From the NCBI RefSeq assembly GCF_009914755.1, contig NC_060925.1: a DNA stretch of 64,000 nucleotides. One strand, 5' to 3'. Shown piece after piece: positions 44,429-61,910 of this stretch; within the stretch, counting starts at the first letter, position 1; each line of letters opens with the position of its first letter. The notes below the pieces were generated by a model. The model was given only the letters and a program-made list of their open reading frames with translations, did not search any database and was not told where the DNA came from. The stretch is from the human T2T-CHM13v2.0 reference genome, Homo sapiens. Position numbers and translations under genes: made by a program.

Positions 44429-44439
44429 ACACACTGAAT

Positions 44440-46620
44440 ATTTGTAAGTCTCCCCCCAAACACTTTTTTTTGGTTGGCTTCTTGTCACTCTTCTTTCCCC
44501 ATTTCTGTCCAAAATATCTTCACACCCACCAAAGAGGCCCACGTTTATAACCAATTTGTATTCATTTGCTTTTTTACTAGCATCATATAATTTTATGAGG
44601 CATATATACGCATACACACATATAAGAAAATCTTTTGAACATTGTTTTAACAAAAATGGAATAATACCATCTACATTTTTTTCCTACATCTTGTTTTTTA
44701 TCACACAATTCTTTATTTTAAAAAAAAGCCTCCAAGTAAACTGGCGTATCTTTAATTTTTTCCTTTTTATTACACAATTTACCCATTTGTGAATACATGA
44801 CTCATTTAATCACACCTATAAGGGTGGCCATTTGTTTTGTTTCCGTATTTTGCTCATACTAACATCACTGCAATAAATACAATCTATCCTGATAGGATAG
44901 ATTCCTGGAACTGAAATTTTTAGGTAAAAGAGTTTATGTATTTTTATTTTAACTTCTGAAAAAAAGCCATAATGCTTCTACTACAAAAGACTGTCTTTTT
45001 TCATACATCTTGTTCAGCAATTCTTATTATAGTTCTTTTAAAATTGTGCCTATCCAGTGGTCTAAATGTAATATCTCATCATTATTTGATATTATGTATT
45101 ATGATATATATGTAATATATCATATTACATTACAGTAGTCAGTTTCTCTGACTACTAGTAAATTTTGGCATCCTTTCATAGGTTTGTAGAAATTTGGATT
45201 TACTCTTAATTATTTGAATTTTTAAGGGTGAAAAGTTGAAGTATATAAAAAATACAAAAGTTAATGTAAGAGACACCAATGTACCCACCCTTTAGATTTA
45301 ATACTTTAACATTTTGTTTTATTTGCCTTAGAGTCTTTAAATAAATACAATGTTGCAAATATGGCTGACAAGTCCCCCTCTCCTACCAATCTTACTATAT
45401 CCCATGCATTTTTATTCCTTATAGGAAATAACCAATAACTTGAAGTTGATATGTATTCTTCTTTTCAGTGTTTGCATACTTTTTGATCACTCTGCTTGTC
45501 GGAATTACACCTTCTATCACTATTCCTTTAGTAGTTACCTTGCACTTTTAACTTGTATATTTGACATAACAAAATTGAAAATCACTATCTCTGTCCCCCA
45601 GAAAGATGCAGGACTCTAAAGTACCTTAACTATGATATCTTCCTCCCATATTTTGTATTTTTTTTTTTACAATTCGTGCTTGCTTACATCTATCCACTTT
45701 TTTTTATGGGCCCAGCACACTTCCGTTGCTATCTTATCTACTAAAAAAAAAAAAAAAGACTACATACATACCAACGTTTTTGCATTCTGTTCTTTGTACA
45801 CCTTTGCCTTCCATCTGGGTCCCTTTTTTTCTGAAGAAATGTCTTCAGAAATTCTTTTAGCGAGACCTGTGAATGGTCAATACTCACTCTTGAATAAGAC
45901 TAGAATTCTAGGTTGACAATATTTCTTCTTTGGCCTCCGGCTACATTTAATTTTTGTTTTATTCTTTGTTATACTAAAAGTTATGAATATGTTATACTAA
46001 AAGGTATGAATATATTTTTCTTGGTCTTGTTCAAGTCTCATTGTGCTTCTTCAAACAGGAGTTCACAACTGAAATTTTTATATCTCAGCTATGATATAAT
46101 CTTTAAATATTACCTTTTTCTTAGTCTCTCCATTTTTTCTGTTTGTAGCTCCTATTAGATATATATTATCCCTTTAATTCTAACCTCCATGATTCTTAAT
46201 TTCTCATTCATATTTTCTATCCTGTTATGTACCGAGGCTACATTCTGGGCATTGTCTTCATCTCTACTCTTCCAGGTACTAGCCTTACGCAGGGATTTGC
46301 ATTCTAGCTCCTCCCATTTATATGTCTACACCTATGTCTCCTGTTGTCTTAACAGTATTCAAATTTTGGCTTCTAGTTTCTTGGGCCTATATCTTAGTCC
46401 AGTATTCTGCTGCACTTTCAATAGGTTGATGCACGTCAATATAAACAAAGTAGAGATATGGGACAGGATGGGCCAGAATGGTAACAAGCCTCAAAATCAT
46501 GTCAAGTGGAGGGTTTGTTTATCCAAAAACAAATCTTTATTTCATTCTTACTCTTGAATAATAACACTTTTACTGGGTAAAAAAATTCTAGGTTTACATT
46601 TTCCTCCTCAGAATTTTAAG
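44440..46620 (-). mobile_element. Mosaic of ancient L1M(E) fragments
   Basis: T-rich degenerate L1 motifs 'ggatagattcctggaactgaaatt', 'atatctcatc' and 'agaattctaggttga'. Confidence 0.55.
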
Positions 46621-47064
46621 GAGTTTCACATGGAGAGACAATTTAATGTAGAAAATATAGGTTATCTTCAAAAATCTGAAGTGTTTGCCTGTAGAAGAAT
46701 AAATAAAATTTCTGTGTCGCCTGGCAAAATGAAACTAGGGCTACTATGTGTCTGCTACAAGGAATGGCTTCTGTTTCATACAGAGAATTTTCCAACATTC
46801 AGATCTGCCAAAGATAGCATGGACACTCTCAAGAGGTACTAAGATGTCCACAGCTACAGAGGTTTTCAAGTTTAAAGAGAATAACTAAAGTAGACAAACA
46901 TTTGGCACAGGTGTTATAGAAGAGGTTTAAGTAGCACAGATTGTTGAAATAATTGGGTTTTTAAGTTTCTTCTAGAACTTGGAATCTCTAGTTCTTTTGC
47001 ATCACCTAGATACAACCCCACAGCATTGGCTATGTGCCAACAGTTGTTTAGTGTTTATTGATTA

Positions 47065-47450
47065 GGTGAAAATTTCTGTACTATTCAGATCTCAAAACCT
47101 CAGTGTCTTATAACAACAAACTTTTGTTTGCTCACATTACATGAGGGTTGCAGCTTTGCTGTGGGTTTGTCAGGCTATGCTGAGAATACCTCAGTTTAGG
47201 CAGCTCCCTGTGCCTTCTCATTCTGAGACTCAGGTTGAAGGATGAGCCACTAACTGGAGCAAGCTGTTTCCAAAATAGAGGACAGAAGCTCAAAGTGGGT
47301 GGGGAGAGCAGAGCCAAACCACACAAGCAAGCACATTTAAACCTTTGAAGGTGGTTTATGTCATCTGCTCATATTTCAAGGCCCAAAGCAAGTTATATAG
47401 CCAATCCCAAAGTCAGTGGGGCAGGAAAGTAGATACCTCCTACAGGAAAG
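47065..47450 (-). mobile_element. Old MLT1 (I/J-like) LTR
   Basis: 'ctcagtgtcttataacaacaaac...gcccaaagcaagttatatagccaatcccaaagtcagtggggcaggaaagta'. Confidence 0.65.
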
Positions 47451-47471
47451 CTTAACTAGGGCATAAAGGAG

Positions 47472-47995
<524 letters not shown>

Positions 47996-49177
47996 AGGGA
48001 ACCAATAAGTGTAAACAAATAAAACTGGCTACTATTGTTTTCTTGGCAAACAGAGCCTCTGGGAGCCAAGCAGTAGCAATGGATGAACAGCACTTAAAAA
48101 ATCCTTCAAGGTGTGTCTCTTTTCTACACCCGAAAGGACATAGTGCTGATTTGTTCACTCAGAGGGAAGAACCAATATCCTTTAGACTCTCTTGCGTCAT
48201 CCTCTGGCACTGCAAGTTGAAGCCAAACCAAGGAGGTAAAAATCCATTCATCCTCCCCTCTCTCATCAACTCAGTTTAGGATCTTGTTTCTTTGACAACA
48301 TACCTGACACTGAAACTACTTCCACTTCCCACTTCTCCCTGCTACTTTGAGTGCATCCAGTAAAACACTTCCATGCCTTTCTGCTCTCTTGGCACACTCT
48401 ATTGCTGTCACCCCATATGAGCACTTGGGATAGTTTCCAGACGAAGCCCCTGGCTTTAGCACACAGTCCCCTCCTTAAACTGGGCTCTAATTGAGTCCAA
48501 CACTTTATTTCTGCAGTGTAGGCTGGACAGTGCTAAGTGCTGTCATTTAAGGAACTACAGGTGTAAGAGCTAGGCTTTCCAAACCCCATGCTGTCATCTG
48601 CCCACTGCCCACACTCACCAATTGGCCTACACTGCCAAGGTTTCCTAAACTAGTATCTGAAGTCAGGGGTATTTGTGGATTCCCCCTAGAGACTATGCCA
48701 TCCTAAGAATGATGAAAGGATTAAGAAGAAACCAACGTGAAATGATATCAATAGCTGTTGGTAGAACTGCCTCCCGAAAACACCCAGGCTGTGTTTCTAC
48801 ACAAAATCCATGGACATTCACCCGCTTTGTCCTTCCCTATTGCTCCCAATTTCCCTCTCTCAGCCTCTACCTCTTTCCCCACCTCCTCCACCCTGGAGAC
48901 CTGGTTCCAATTGCAAGGCCATTCCTGCAACAATCTCTGGCAACTGGAGTGAAAGGTGCCGACAAAGAGGCCCTCTCCACAGCTCCCTTTTCACAAGAAG
49001 CATGTATCCAATTAAAGGATTTTAATTAAAATGCTTTCTGTAGCATCCTGTTTTTACTCATTGTTATAAATTAAACTTGACATGCTCTGATTTAACAGGT
49101 GGGTGAGATTATTCTGAAAGCTGCCAGATGAGAGGAAATAGAAGCTGAGCTGAAAGAAGCTGTGTGCCTGGGAGTGT

Positions 49178-49204
49178 GAGAGAGACAGAGGGAGAGAGAG
49201 AGAG

Positions 49205-49235
<31 letters not shown>
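49178..49235. repeat. (GA)n(GT)n microsatellite
   Basis: Directly visible. Confidence 0.96.
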
Positions 49236-50713
49236 CTTCATGCACCACACAAGTGCACAATTATATGTGCATGTGTTTGTCTTTAAATTGGTTTTAAATT
49301 ATTGTTTTAAATGAGAAAGTTGCAATACAGCAAGGGGAACACCAAAAGAAAATAAAACCACAATCTAAAAAATTAGAATTTCATGCATCAACCTTAAAAT
49401 CTCAGCCAGCAGTACTCATTTGCACATTTCTCATTAGTGGCATTCCTTTTTGGAGCATCAGCTAAGAAATATTTGTAACCTCCATTTATTGTTTCTCATA
49501 AATGAAGTTTCAACCCATATTACTCATGCAAAGGAATAAAGATGGATGTTTTGTTGTTGACAATTAAAAGTCTCAGTCATTACAGATTTCACCTCCTCAG
49601 TGCTTTTAGACAGTCAGTAGTCAACTTAAATGCCCCAAAGAGTTCTCACAGACTGCGCATTACACCTTTTGGTATAAACTGGCCACTTCAAGGTCTCCCT
49701 TTGTTCAAACCAGAGTAGTTTACTCACAAATCCTTTGCTTGAAGGGTATTATCTAAATTCCATGCTGTTGTTCATAGAACAGTTTCCCCCTTCCTGAACC
49801 TCTTTTTTTCCAAAACTATCTATTCCTTCCAGATTCTGCTCTTTTTTTCTTCCCCGTGACATTATCCCTAACCACTCCAGCACAAACTTACTGATTTAAA
49901 TGCCTACCGTATGTATTCATTTATTCAACAGGATCAAGCAGTGTTGTCAGTATTCGAGATATAGCATTAAACAATAAGAAAATGAACAAATTTAAAGTAT
50001 GTTTAGTGGCAGATGCACACTAAGAAGAAAAATAAAGCAAGTTAAGGTGGATAGAGTGTTGTTTGCCTTTTCATTAATTCTGTTATTATTTAAAGTTTTG
50101 CTTATTGATGTTCCATTTTTTCAATTGGTCTGTTATTTCCTTGAGGATGGGAATTATCCCTAATATCTTGGAGTAATGATCAAAATATTTAACAGCTAAT
50201 ACATCAGGCACCAACCAGTGAGAGTGGAGCTCAGCCATTCTAGTGTGTCCCAGTTGGATATCAGCCCTACTAAACCTCATTGTGTCCTCCAGTTTACATT
50301 ACTCAATATATTTTGATCCAAATATTGATTTGATAATAATATCAATCATTGGTTTCTCATATTATGTAAATGGTACTCTAGTGGCCTAAAAGAGTAAATG
50401 TATTTTAATCAAAGGTTCTAACTTATTTTTAGAGACTATGCAGGTTAGGCAATCCTCAAGCAAGATAGTTACCATAAGCCAGTCTACGTGAATTTTCTTG
50501 TCCATCTTAACAACTCACTGGATATCCTATCCACATAGGACAGATTTCCAGGAAAAGCAGTTCTTTCAAAAATTTATTTGTCCTGAGAAAGTCCTAAAAT
50601 TACAGATTTACTGTTTAAGTCCCTAAGGAAAAATGCTTTATTTTGTAGTAGAAAGATCATGGACTTTGAGTTTAAACTACAATCTGTCCCAAGAACTTAT
50701 CCTGGTTAATTAC

Positions 50714-51049
50714 CTTTTTTTGTTTGTTTGTTTTTTCAGAGTCTCGCTCTGTTGCCCAGGCTGGAGTGCTGGGCAAGTATGATCTTACTTGTCCAAGTAA
50801 GATCATTGAGTGGCGTGATCTCGGCTCACTGAGAGCCAGTTTCCCAGGTTCAAGCGAGTCTCCTGCCTCAGCCTCCCGAGTAGCTGGGACTACAGGCACG
50901 CACCACCATGCCTGGCTAATTTTTGTATTTTTAGTAGAGACAGGGTTTCACCATATTGGCCAGGCTGGTCTCGAACTCCTGACCTTGTGATCCGCCTGCC
51001 TCTGCCTCCCACAGTGCTGGGATTACAGGCATGAGCCACTGTGCCCAGC
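50714..51049 (-). mobile_element. AluS carrying a 39-bp palindromic insertion, inserted in a MIR
   Basis: Alu dimer; TSD TGGTTAATTA(C/A)CTTTT on both sides; MIR core 'ctcagtatccttaattgtaaaatgg' follows. Confidence 0.93.
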
Positions 51050-52650
51050 TGGTTAATTAACTTTTCTAAGGCTCAGTATCCTTAATTGTAAAATGGAATG
51101 GAAAATACCAACTTTGCAGTGTTGCAAAAGATAAAGCAAAGTGAGAAAATTGCATGGTACCTACCTGATACAGAATTGATGCTTTGTGAATGATAGCTAT
51201 TATAGTTGCTGTCATTATCTACTGGTATCTATAATGGTCCAATCACCCATGTGGTCAGATTGTAAATTATACAGATAGATAGACTTGCTTTCACACGCTA
51301 ATGGATACCTATGGCTTATACCACAAAATGCCTAGGGTTCCACTTTTATGCCATTTCCACCACTTTATATCCAGGTAATACAAGCGGTATCTACACCTCA
51401 AATGTAGTAAGCTTCTCTACTAAACTGCAAGCTGCTTAAGGACATGAATCTCTACTTCCTTCTCTTCTGTATCTTCATTTCCTCCCACTCCATTTCTACA
51501 CCATTCCTGGTAGGAGGCTCCACCCACAGGAGGAAGCATAACATGGAGCTGGAGAAATAGAGAAGAGTAATAAAGTAATGGAAGAAGCGGGTGGGGGAAC
51601 TGGATAAGTTGTGAACACTCAAGATAGACTGAAAGGGGACATGCTAGAAATCTAATGAATCATAAGTCCATCTAGGGGACACACACTTTCATTAGGAGAC
51701 AACTGCCTGAACCTAGAAAGAGGCAAACTGAGAAGGAATAAATAAATGAGTCATTTGTCATGATAGATTTCATGATTATGGAACCCATTACCCCCAAGAT
51801 GTGAAACAAGCTGAAACTATAAATGGCTACACAAATAAGTGAGAAAAACCCATGGAAGATGACCCTATCATAGGATTCATTAAAGGAAATTAGAGTAGTT
51901 GAAGTGTAGTAGCAACCACCAGCAAGCATTTACTAAAGTCTCTCTGTGCCAAGAGTTGTGCTAAGTGCAGATGGAGAAGCAAAGAAGTAAAGAAAAGTCC
52001 CAGACCTGAAGAATGTTAAAAAGCAGGAGAGAAGAGACCCGCCCACAAATAGCCACAAGAACCTACAACAATGAAGTGCTATAAAAAAGAAAAGGAGAGA
52101 AAGCTATACCTTCTGTCTGAAGGATCTAAGGAAAATATAAGCATTTGAGATGCACACTGAAGAAGGAATAGAATTTGAGCAGTGAAAATCAGTTAGAATT
52201 GGGTCGTTGAGAGGGAATATAGGCCCTGGGGCAGAAAGATTGAACTAGGATTGATATGCAATATAATGGGGCCCAAATCCTGTTCTACTGCTGGGCCCAA
52301 CAATTCCTTTCGACCCACCCTACTTGGTAAAGCAGGGAGGGGAAATAGTAGAAAACTAAAGGCAAAGATAAGAAAGACATAAATACCAAAAAAGTTACGT
52401 GTCTATCAAATAATAGTGGAAAAGAGGTTGAAGAAGATAATATCTGCCATCTCCCCTTGCTCCAAATGTCCCTTGATTTATTTTATATCTAACTCTTGCC
52501 TGAAAGGAGTTAACACAGTGCACAACCACTCCACCCTGCAACACACTCACATAATACACTCCCATGTCTGTGAGGCTTAAAATTTGGCTCCACAAGCAGG
52601 AAGAAGCGTGCTATGTAACTTGCAAACTGGAGAAGAAAAGCCAACGTTGT

Positions 52651-53681
52651 GGCTTAGAGCCAAGATGGCCGAATAGGAAGAGCTCCAGTCTACAGCTCCC
52701 AGCATGAGCGACACAGAAGATGGGTGATTTCTGCATTTCCATCTGAGGTACCAGGTTCATCTCACTAGGGAGTGCCAGACAGTGGGTGCAGGACAGTGGG
52801 TGCAGTGCACCGCCCACGAGCCGAAGCAGGGCGAGGCATTGCCTCACTCGGGAAGTGCAAGGGGCCAGGGAGTTCCCTTTCCTAGCCAAAGAAAGGGGTG
52901 ACAGACGGCACCTGGAAAATCGGGTCACTCACACCCTAATACTGCGCTTTTCCAATGGGCTTAAAAAACGGTGCACCAGGAGATTATATCCCGCACCTGG
53001 CTTGGAGGGTCCTACGCCCACGGAGTCTCACTGATTGCTAGCACAGCAGTCTGAGATCAAACTGCAAGGTGGCAGCGAGGCTGGGGGAGGGGCGCCCGCC
53101 ATTGCCCAGGCTTGCTTAGGTAAACAAAGCAGCCAGGAAGCTCAAACTGGGTGGGGCCCACCACAGCTCAAGGAGGCCTGCCTGCCTCTGTAGGCTCCAC
53201 CTCTGGGGGCAGGGCACAGAAAAACAAAAAGACAGCAGTAACCTCTGCAGACTTAAATGTCCCTGTCTGACAGCTTTAAAGAGAGCAGTGGTTCTCCCAG
53301 CCCACAGCTGGAGATCTGAGAATGTGCAGACTGCCTCCTCAAGTGGTTCCCTGACCCCTGACCCCCGAGCAGCCTAACTGGGGGGCACCCCCCGGTAGGG
53401 GCAGACACCTCACACGGCCGGGTACTCCTCTGAGACAAAACTTCCAGAGGAACGATCAGACAGCAGCATTCTCGATTCATGAAAATCCGCTGTTCTGCAG
53501 TCACCACTGCTGATACCCAGGCAAACAGGGTCTGGAGTGTACCTCTAGCAAACTCCAACAGACCTGCAGCTGAGGGTCCTGTCTGTTTGAAGGACAACTA
53601 ACAAACAGAAAGGACATCCACACCAAAAACCCATCTGTACATCACCATCATCAAAGACCAAAAGTAGATAAAACCACAAAG
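52651..53681. promoter_or_regulatory. L1 5'UTR with sense and antisense promoter region
   Basis: YY1 motif CAAGATGGCC at 52661 and residual CpGs. The antisense promoter is an established L1PA feature; activity is not shown here. Confidence 0.7.
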
Positions 53682-54698
53682 ATGGGGAAAAAACAGGGCA
53701 GAAAAACTGGAAGCTCTAAAAAGCAAAGCGCCTCTCCTCCTCCAAAGGAATGCAGTTCCTCACCAGCAATTGAACAAAGCTGGATGGATAATGACTTTGA
53801 CGAGTTCAGAGAAGAAGGCTTCAGATGATCAAACTACTCTGAGCTACAGGAGGAAATTCAAACTAAAGGCAAAGAAGTTGAAAACTTTGAAAAAAATTTA
53901 GATGAATGTATAACTAGAATAACCAATACAGAGAAGTGCTTAAAGGAGCTGATGGAGCTGAAAGTCAAGGCTCAAGAACTACGTGATGAATGCAGAAGCC
54001 TCAGGAGCCGATGTGATCAACTGGAAGAAAAGGTATCAGTGACAGAAGATGAAATGAATGAAATGAAGGGAGAAGGGAAGTTTAGAGAAAAAAGAATAAA
54101 AAGAAATGAACAAAGCCTCCAAGAAATATGGGACTATGTGAAAAGACCAAATCTACGTCCGATTGGTGTACCTGAAAGTGACGGGGAGAATGGAACCAAG
54201 TTGGAAAACACTCTGCAGGATATTATCCAAGAGAACTTCCCCAATCTAGCAAGGCAGGCCAACATTCAGATTCAGGAAATACAGAGAATGCCACAAAGAT
54301 ACTCCTTGAGAAGAGCAACTCCAAGACACATAATTGTCAGATTCACCAAAGTTGAAATGAAAGAAAAAATGTTAAGGGCAGCCAGAAAGAAAGGTTTGGT
54401 TACCCACAAAGGGAAGCCCATCAGACTAACAGCAGATCTCTCGGCAGAAACTCTATAAGCCAGAAGAGAGTGGGGGCCAATATTCAACATTCTTAAAGAA
54501 AAGAATTTTCAACACAGAATTTCATATCCAGCCAAACTAAGCTTCATAAGTGAAGGAGAAATAAAATACTTTACAGACAAGCAAATGCTGAGAGATTTTG
54601 TCACCACCAGACCTTCCCTAAAAGAGCTCCTGAAGGAAGCACTAAACATGGAAAGGAAGAACCAGTAACAGCCACTGCAAAATCATGCCAAACTGTAA
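53682..54698 (+). pseudogene. L1 ORF1 (338 codons) with three nonsense codons
   Basis: ATG 53682 to TAA 54698 in frame; stops at 53826 (TGA), 54456 (TAA) and 54666 (TAA). Confidence 0.93.
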
Positions 54699-54761
54699 AG
54701 ACCATGGAGACTAGGAAGAAACTGCATCAACTAACGAGTAAAATAACCAGCTAACATCATA

Positions 54762-58584
<3,823 letters not shown>

Positions 58585-60179
58585 ACAATGAGAACACATG
58601 GACACAGGAAGGGGAACATCACACTCTGGGGACTGTTGTGGGGTGTGGGGAGGGGGGAGGGATAGCATTAGGAGATATACCTAATGTAAATGACGAGTTA
58701 ATGGGTGCAGCACACCAGCATGGCACATGTATACATATGTAACTAACCTGCACATTGTGCACATGTACCCTAAAACTTAAAGTATAATAATAATAAAATA
58801 AAATAAAAGCCAAAGTTGTAAAGTGCATAGGCAGACAAAGAGCTAAATGAGGAGTGAACATTGAACATATCAATACACAAATAATTACATACTTACAATA
58901 CATGATACACACTCTGCAGAAAGTGATGAGATCATGGTGCAGTGAGAGAGGGGGGTCGGGGAACATAAGAGTTTCCACCCCTCTGCATGGGAGAAGTAGA
59001 AATTTACCTCAAATGCCACATTTGATTTCTCAAATCATTTTCCAGCACCATCTCTTACCTGATTCAGGTCTAGTATGAAGAATTTACCTATCTGATGTGA
59101 AAGATCTGACAGTTAAAATGCACGCTGAACTATGGGAAAGCCCCAAATTTAACACAGAAAATGTTAGACTATAACTTTCATATAGAGCCACATTGAGAAA
59201 TTGTATTTTATTCCTCAGTGGAAGAAGAAAAAAGGGTCCCTTCAGCATAATTTCTCCAGTTCTTGACTTTTCTTTGCCCAAGCAGGTTCACCAACACAGT
59301 GGTACCCAAGCATGTTATTAACAACTGCTTCCTTTCACACTTAGAATATAAACCTATTCTTGCTCTGGGGTACCTGCTAATAGCATCTCAGGGAAACAGA
59401 AAAGAATAATAATCTTTCCTCCTGCTGATTCTCTTTCTATAATACAGGTAGGGCAACAAACTTTCCTGGACCTAGGACTGACCAAGTCTTAGCACTGAGA
59501 ATCCCACATCCCCAAATAAACCGTTAGTTTCAGGTAAAGCAAGAAGGTTGGTCGTCGTCTCTGAACATACCACGTGAAGTCCTGAGTTGCCACTAAGCAC
59601 ACACAGCAGGACTGGGGAGTAGCATGGAAGTGGTAACTGGAACAACACAATAGACTAACTACCTCCCTCACAGTTTTGTAGAGACCCAGGTCTTGATTGA
59701 AGAAGAGCTTTAACCCATTTTTTTGAGACTAAAAAATATGAAAATTCAAAAATGGGTAGAATATTCCCCAAAATTCTTTTATTCTGGATAAATTAGGATG
59801 CTTCAACTAAAAAAATCTAAAATAAAAGCCACATTTTTTCATTTTAGTTGTTTCAAATTGAAAACAACTAGCCTTTGTGGTGAAATATTGAAACTATGGA
59901 AAATGTCTTAGGGAAATGTTGACCTTCTCTTAAAAAAGTTTAAAAGTTAAAATATAATTTCTCAACTGTAAAGTTTACTTTGAATTAATGGGGAAATGTG
60001 AAAGAATGATCCTAACTGAATGCAGACAGCAAAACTCCGAGATTCTATGGAGCTTTCAGCTCATAATCAAAGAGAACAGTCTGAAAACAGGGAAGAATAG
60101 AACAAGCACTATTTAAAAGTAAATTTTGTCTCAGAAGGATGAAAAGCGATAAAAGATAATTTGTATCTCTTATTCTTAA

Positions 60180-60353
60180 AAAATATTGCTGTGTAGATTG
60201 GCTACATCAGAATTACTTGGAAAACTTATAAAGGACACAGATTCCCAACCCCAATTCTAACAGACACTGATTTAGGTCTGCACAGAGCAGGGAGTCTTAT
60301 TTTAACAAGCTTTCTAGGTGATTTTGATGAGCAGCTGGTTTTGGAAACAGTGA
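60180..60353. mobile_element. MER5A-like hAT-Charlie element
   Basis: 'catcagaattacttgga...ttttaacaagctttctaggtgattttgatg...ttggaaacagtg'. Confidence 0.75.
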
Positions 60354-60449
60354 TTTAGACAATTAAAATGGTTTAAGTGGCAAGTTCACATGGATTATTC
60401 TCCAACCTCTTGTCAAGGAGCAATAGGACTCGATGGTCAAAAGATCAAG

Positions 60450-60675
60450 TTCTCTTAGGATATAACAATCTAGCATACAATCTTGGCTCTGCTGCTTGTG
60501 AGCTATATGATCTTGGACAAGTAAATACACTTTCTCCTTCATTTCCCCCTTTTATAATGGAAATAATAATAGTAATCTCCCAGAATTTATTTATTTATAT
60601 ATAAATACATGTCATACTCTTAGAAAAGTGGATGCCAAATAATAAGTGTTCAATACATGTGAATAGTTCTTATTA
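60450..60675 (+). mobile_element. MIR SINE
   Basis: 'aatcttggctctgctgcttgtgagctatatgatcttggacaagt'. Confidence 0.7.
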
Positions 60676-61149
60676 ATGCTAAAAGAAGAAACAGAAGAGA
60701 GCTCATAACCTCCATCAATGATTCTATATAATTTAGCATATGAAAAAAGTGGCAGAAGGCTAAAGATAACTATACTAACTAATCTGCAAGAAAGAGCAAA
60801 ACAATGTTTTCCAGAAACTTCGTTGACTTCTAAGAAAGTTTTCAAGCATATGTGTGTGCTGCTTACTGTGAGTACTCAGGGAAATAAATCACTATAAGAA
60901 AGTGAATAATGCGTGATGTGTAAACTTCATTTCAAACATTTAAGTTTCCTTTAATAGCTTTTCCTTTTTTATTTCAGGAAGCTTTTCCTAACATCTTTAT
61001 GTACACAACAAGTTGAAGCTTAAGGGAGTGGTATTCAAGATGAACATGTTCAGAACAGAACTCTTAATTCTCCCCACTACCACCTAACCTAACTCTATCC
61101 CAGTCTCACTCAACCCAGAAATGGTACCATCATCAATACAGAAACCTGG

Positions 61150-61477
61150 TATATTAGCCCATTTTCATGCTGCTGATAAAGGGATACTCTTACAAAAGAA
61201 AGAGGTTTAATGAACTTAACAATTCCACGTGACTGGGAAGGCTTCACAATCATTGCGGAAGGTGAAAGGCATATCTCACATGGCAGCAGACAAAAGAGAG
61301 CTTGTGCAGGGAAACTCCCATTTTTTAAAACCATCAGATCTCATGAGACTTACTCACATCATGAGAACAGCACGGGAAATACTCGCCCCCATGTTCAATT
61401 ATCTCCCACTGAGTCCCTCCCACAACATGTGTGAATTCAAGATGAGATTTGGGTGGGGACACAATCAAACCATATGA
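61150..61477 (-). mobile_element. THE1A/B solo LTR
   Basis: 'attttcatgctgctgataaag...gagatttgggtggggacac'; perfect 5-bp TSD CCTGG at 61145 and 61478. Confidence 0.93.
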
Positions 61478-61910
61478 CCTGGGAATCATCTTGATCCCTA
61501 ATTCCCACACAGACACATGTGCAAATCATCAAATAAGTCTCATAAATTCTCCCTCCAAACTATATCTTGAGTTTATCTACTTGTCTTCATCCTGACTGCT
61601 GCCAACTTGGTATATCCCATGACTGTCTCTCATCTAGAATCTCACAATAGCCACCTAACTGACCTCCTCATTTCCACTCCTAGTCCCTACAAGGCATTCT
61701 CCATGCAGAAGCCAGAGTAGAACTTTTAAAATATGTTTTATGTTCTTTCCCTGCTTAAAACCCTTCCATAACTTCTGTGATAGTTAATTTTATGTGTTGA
61801 TCTGACCGGGCCATTGAGTACTCAGATTTTTGGTTAAACATTATTTATTGGTGTATCTGAGGCAAGGGCGGTGTTTCTGGGTAAGATTAACATTTGAATG
61901 AATAGACTGA

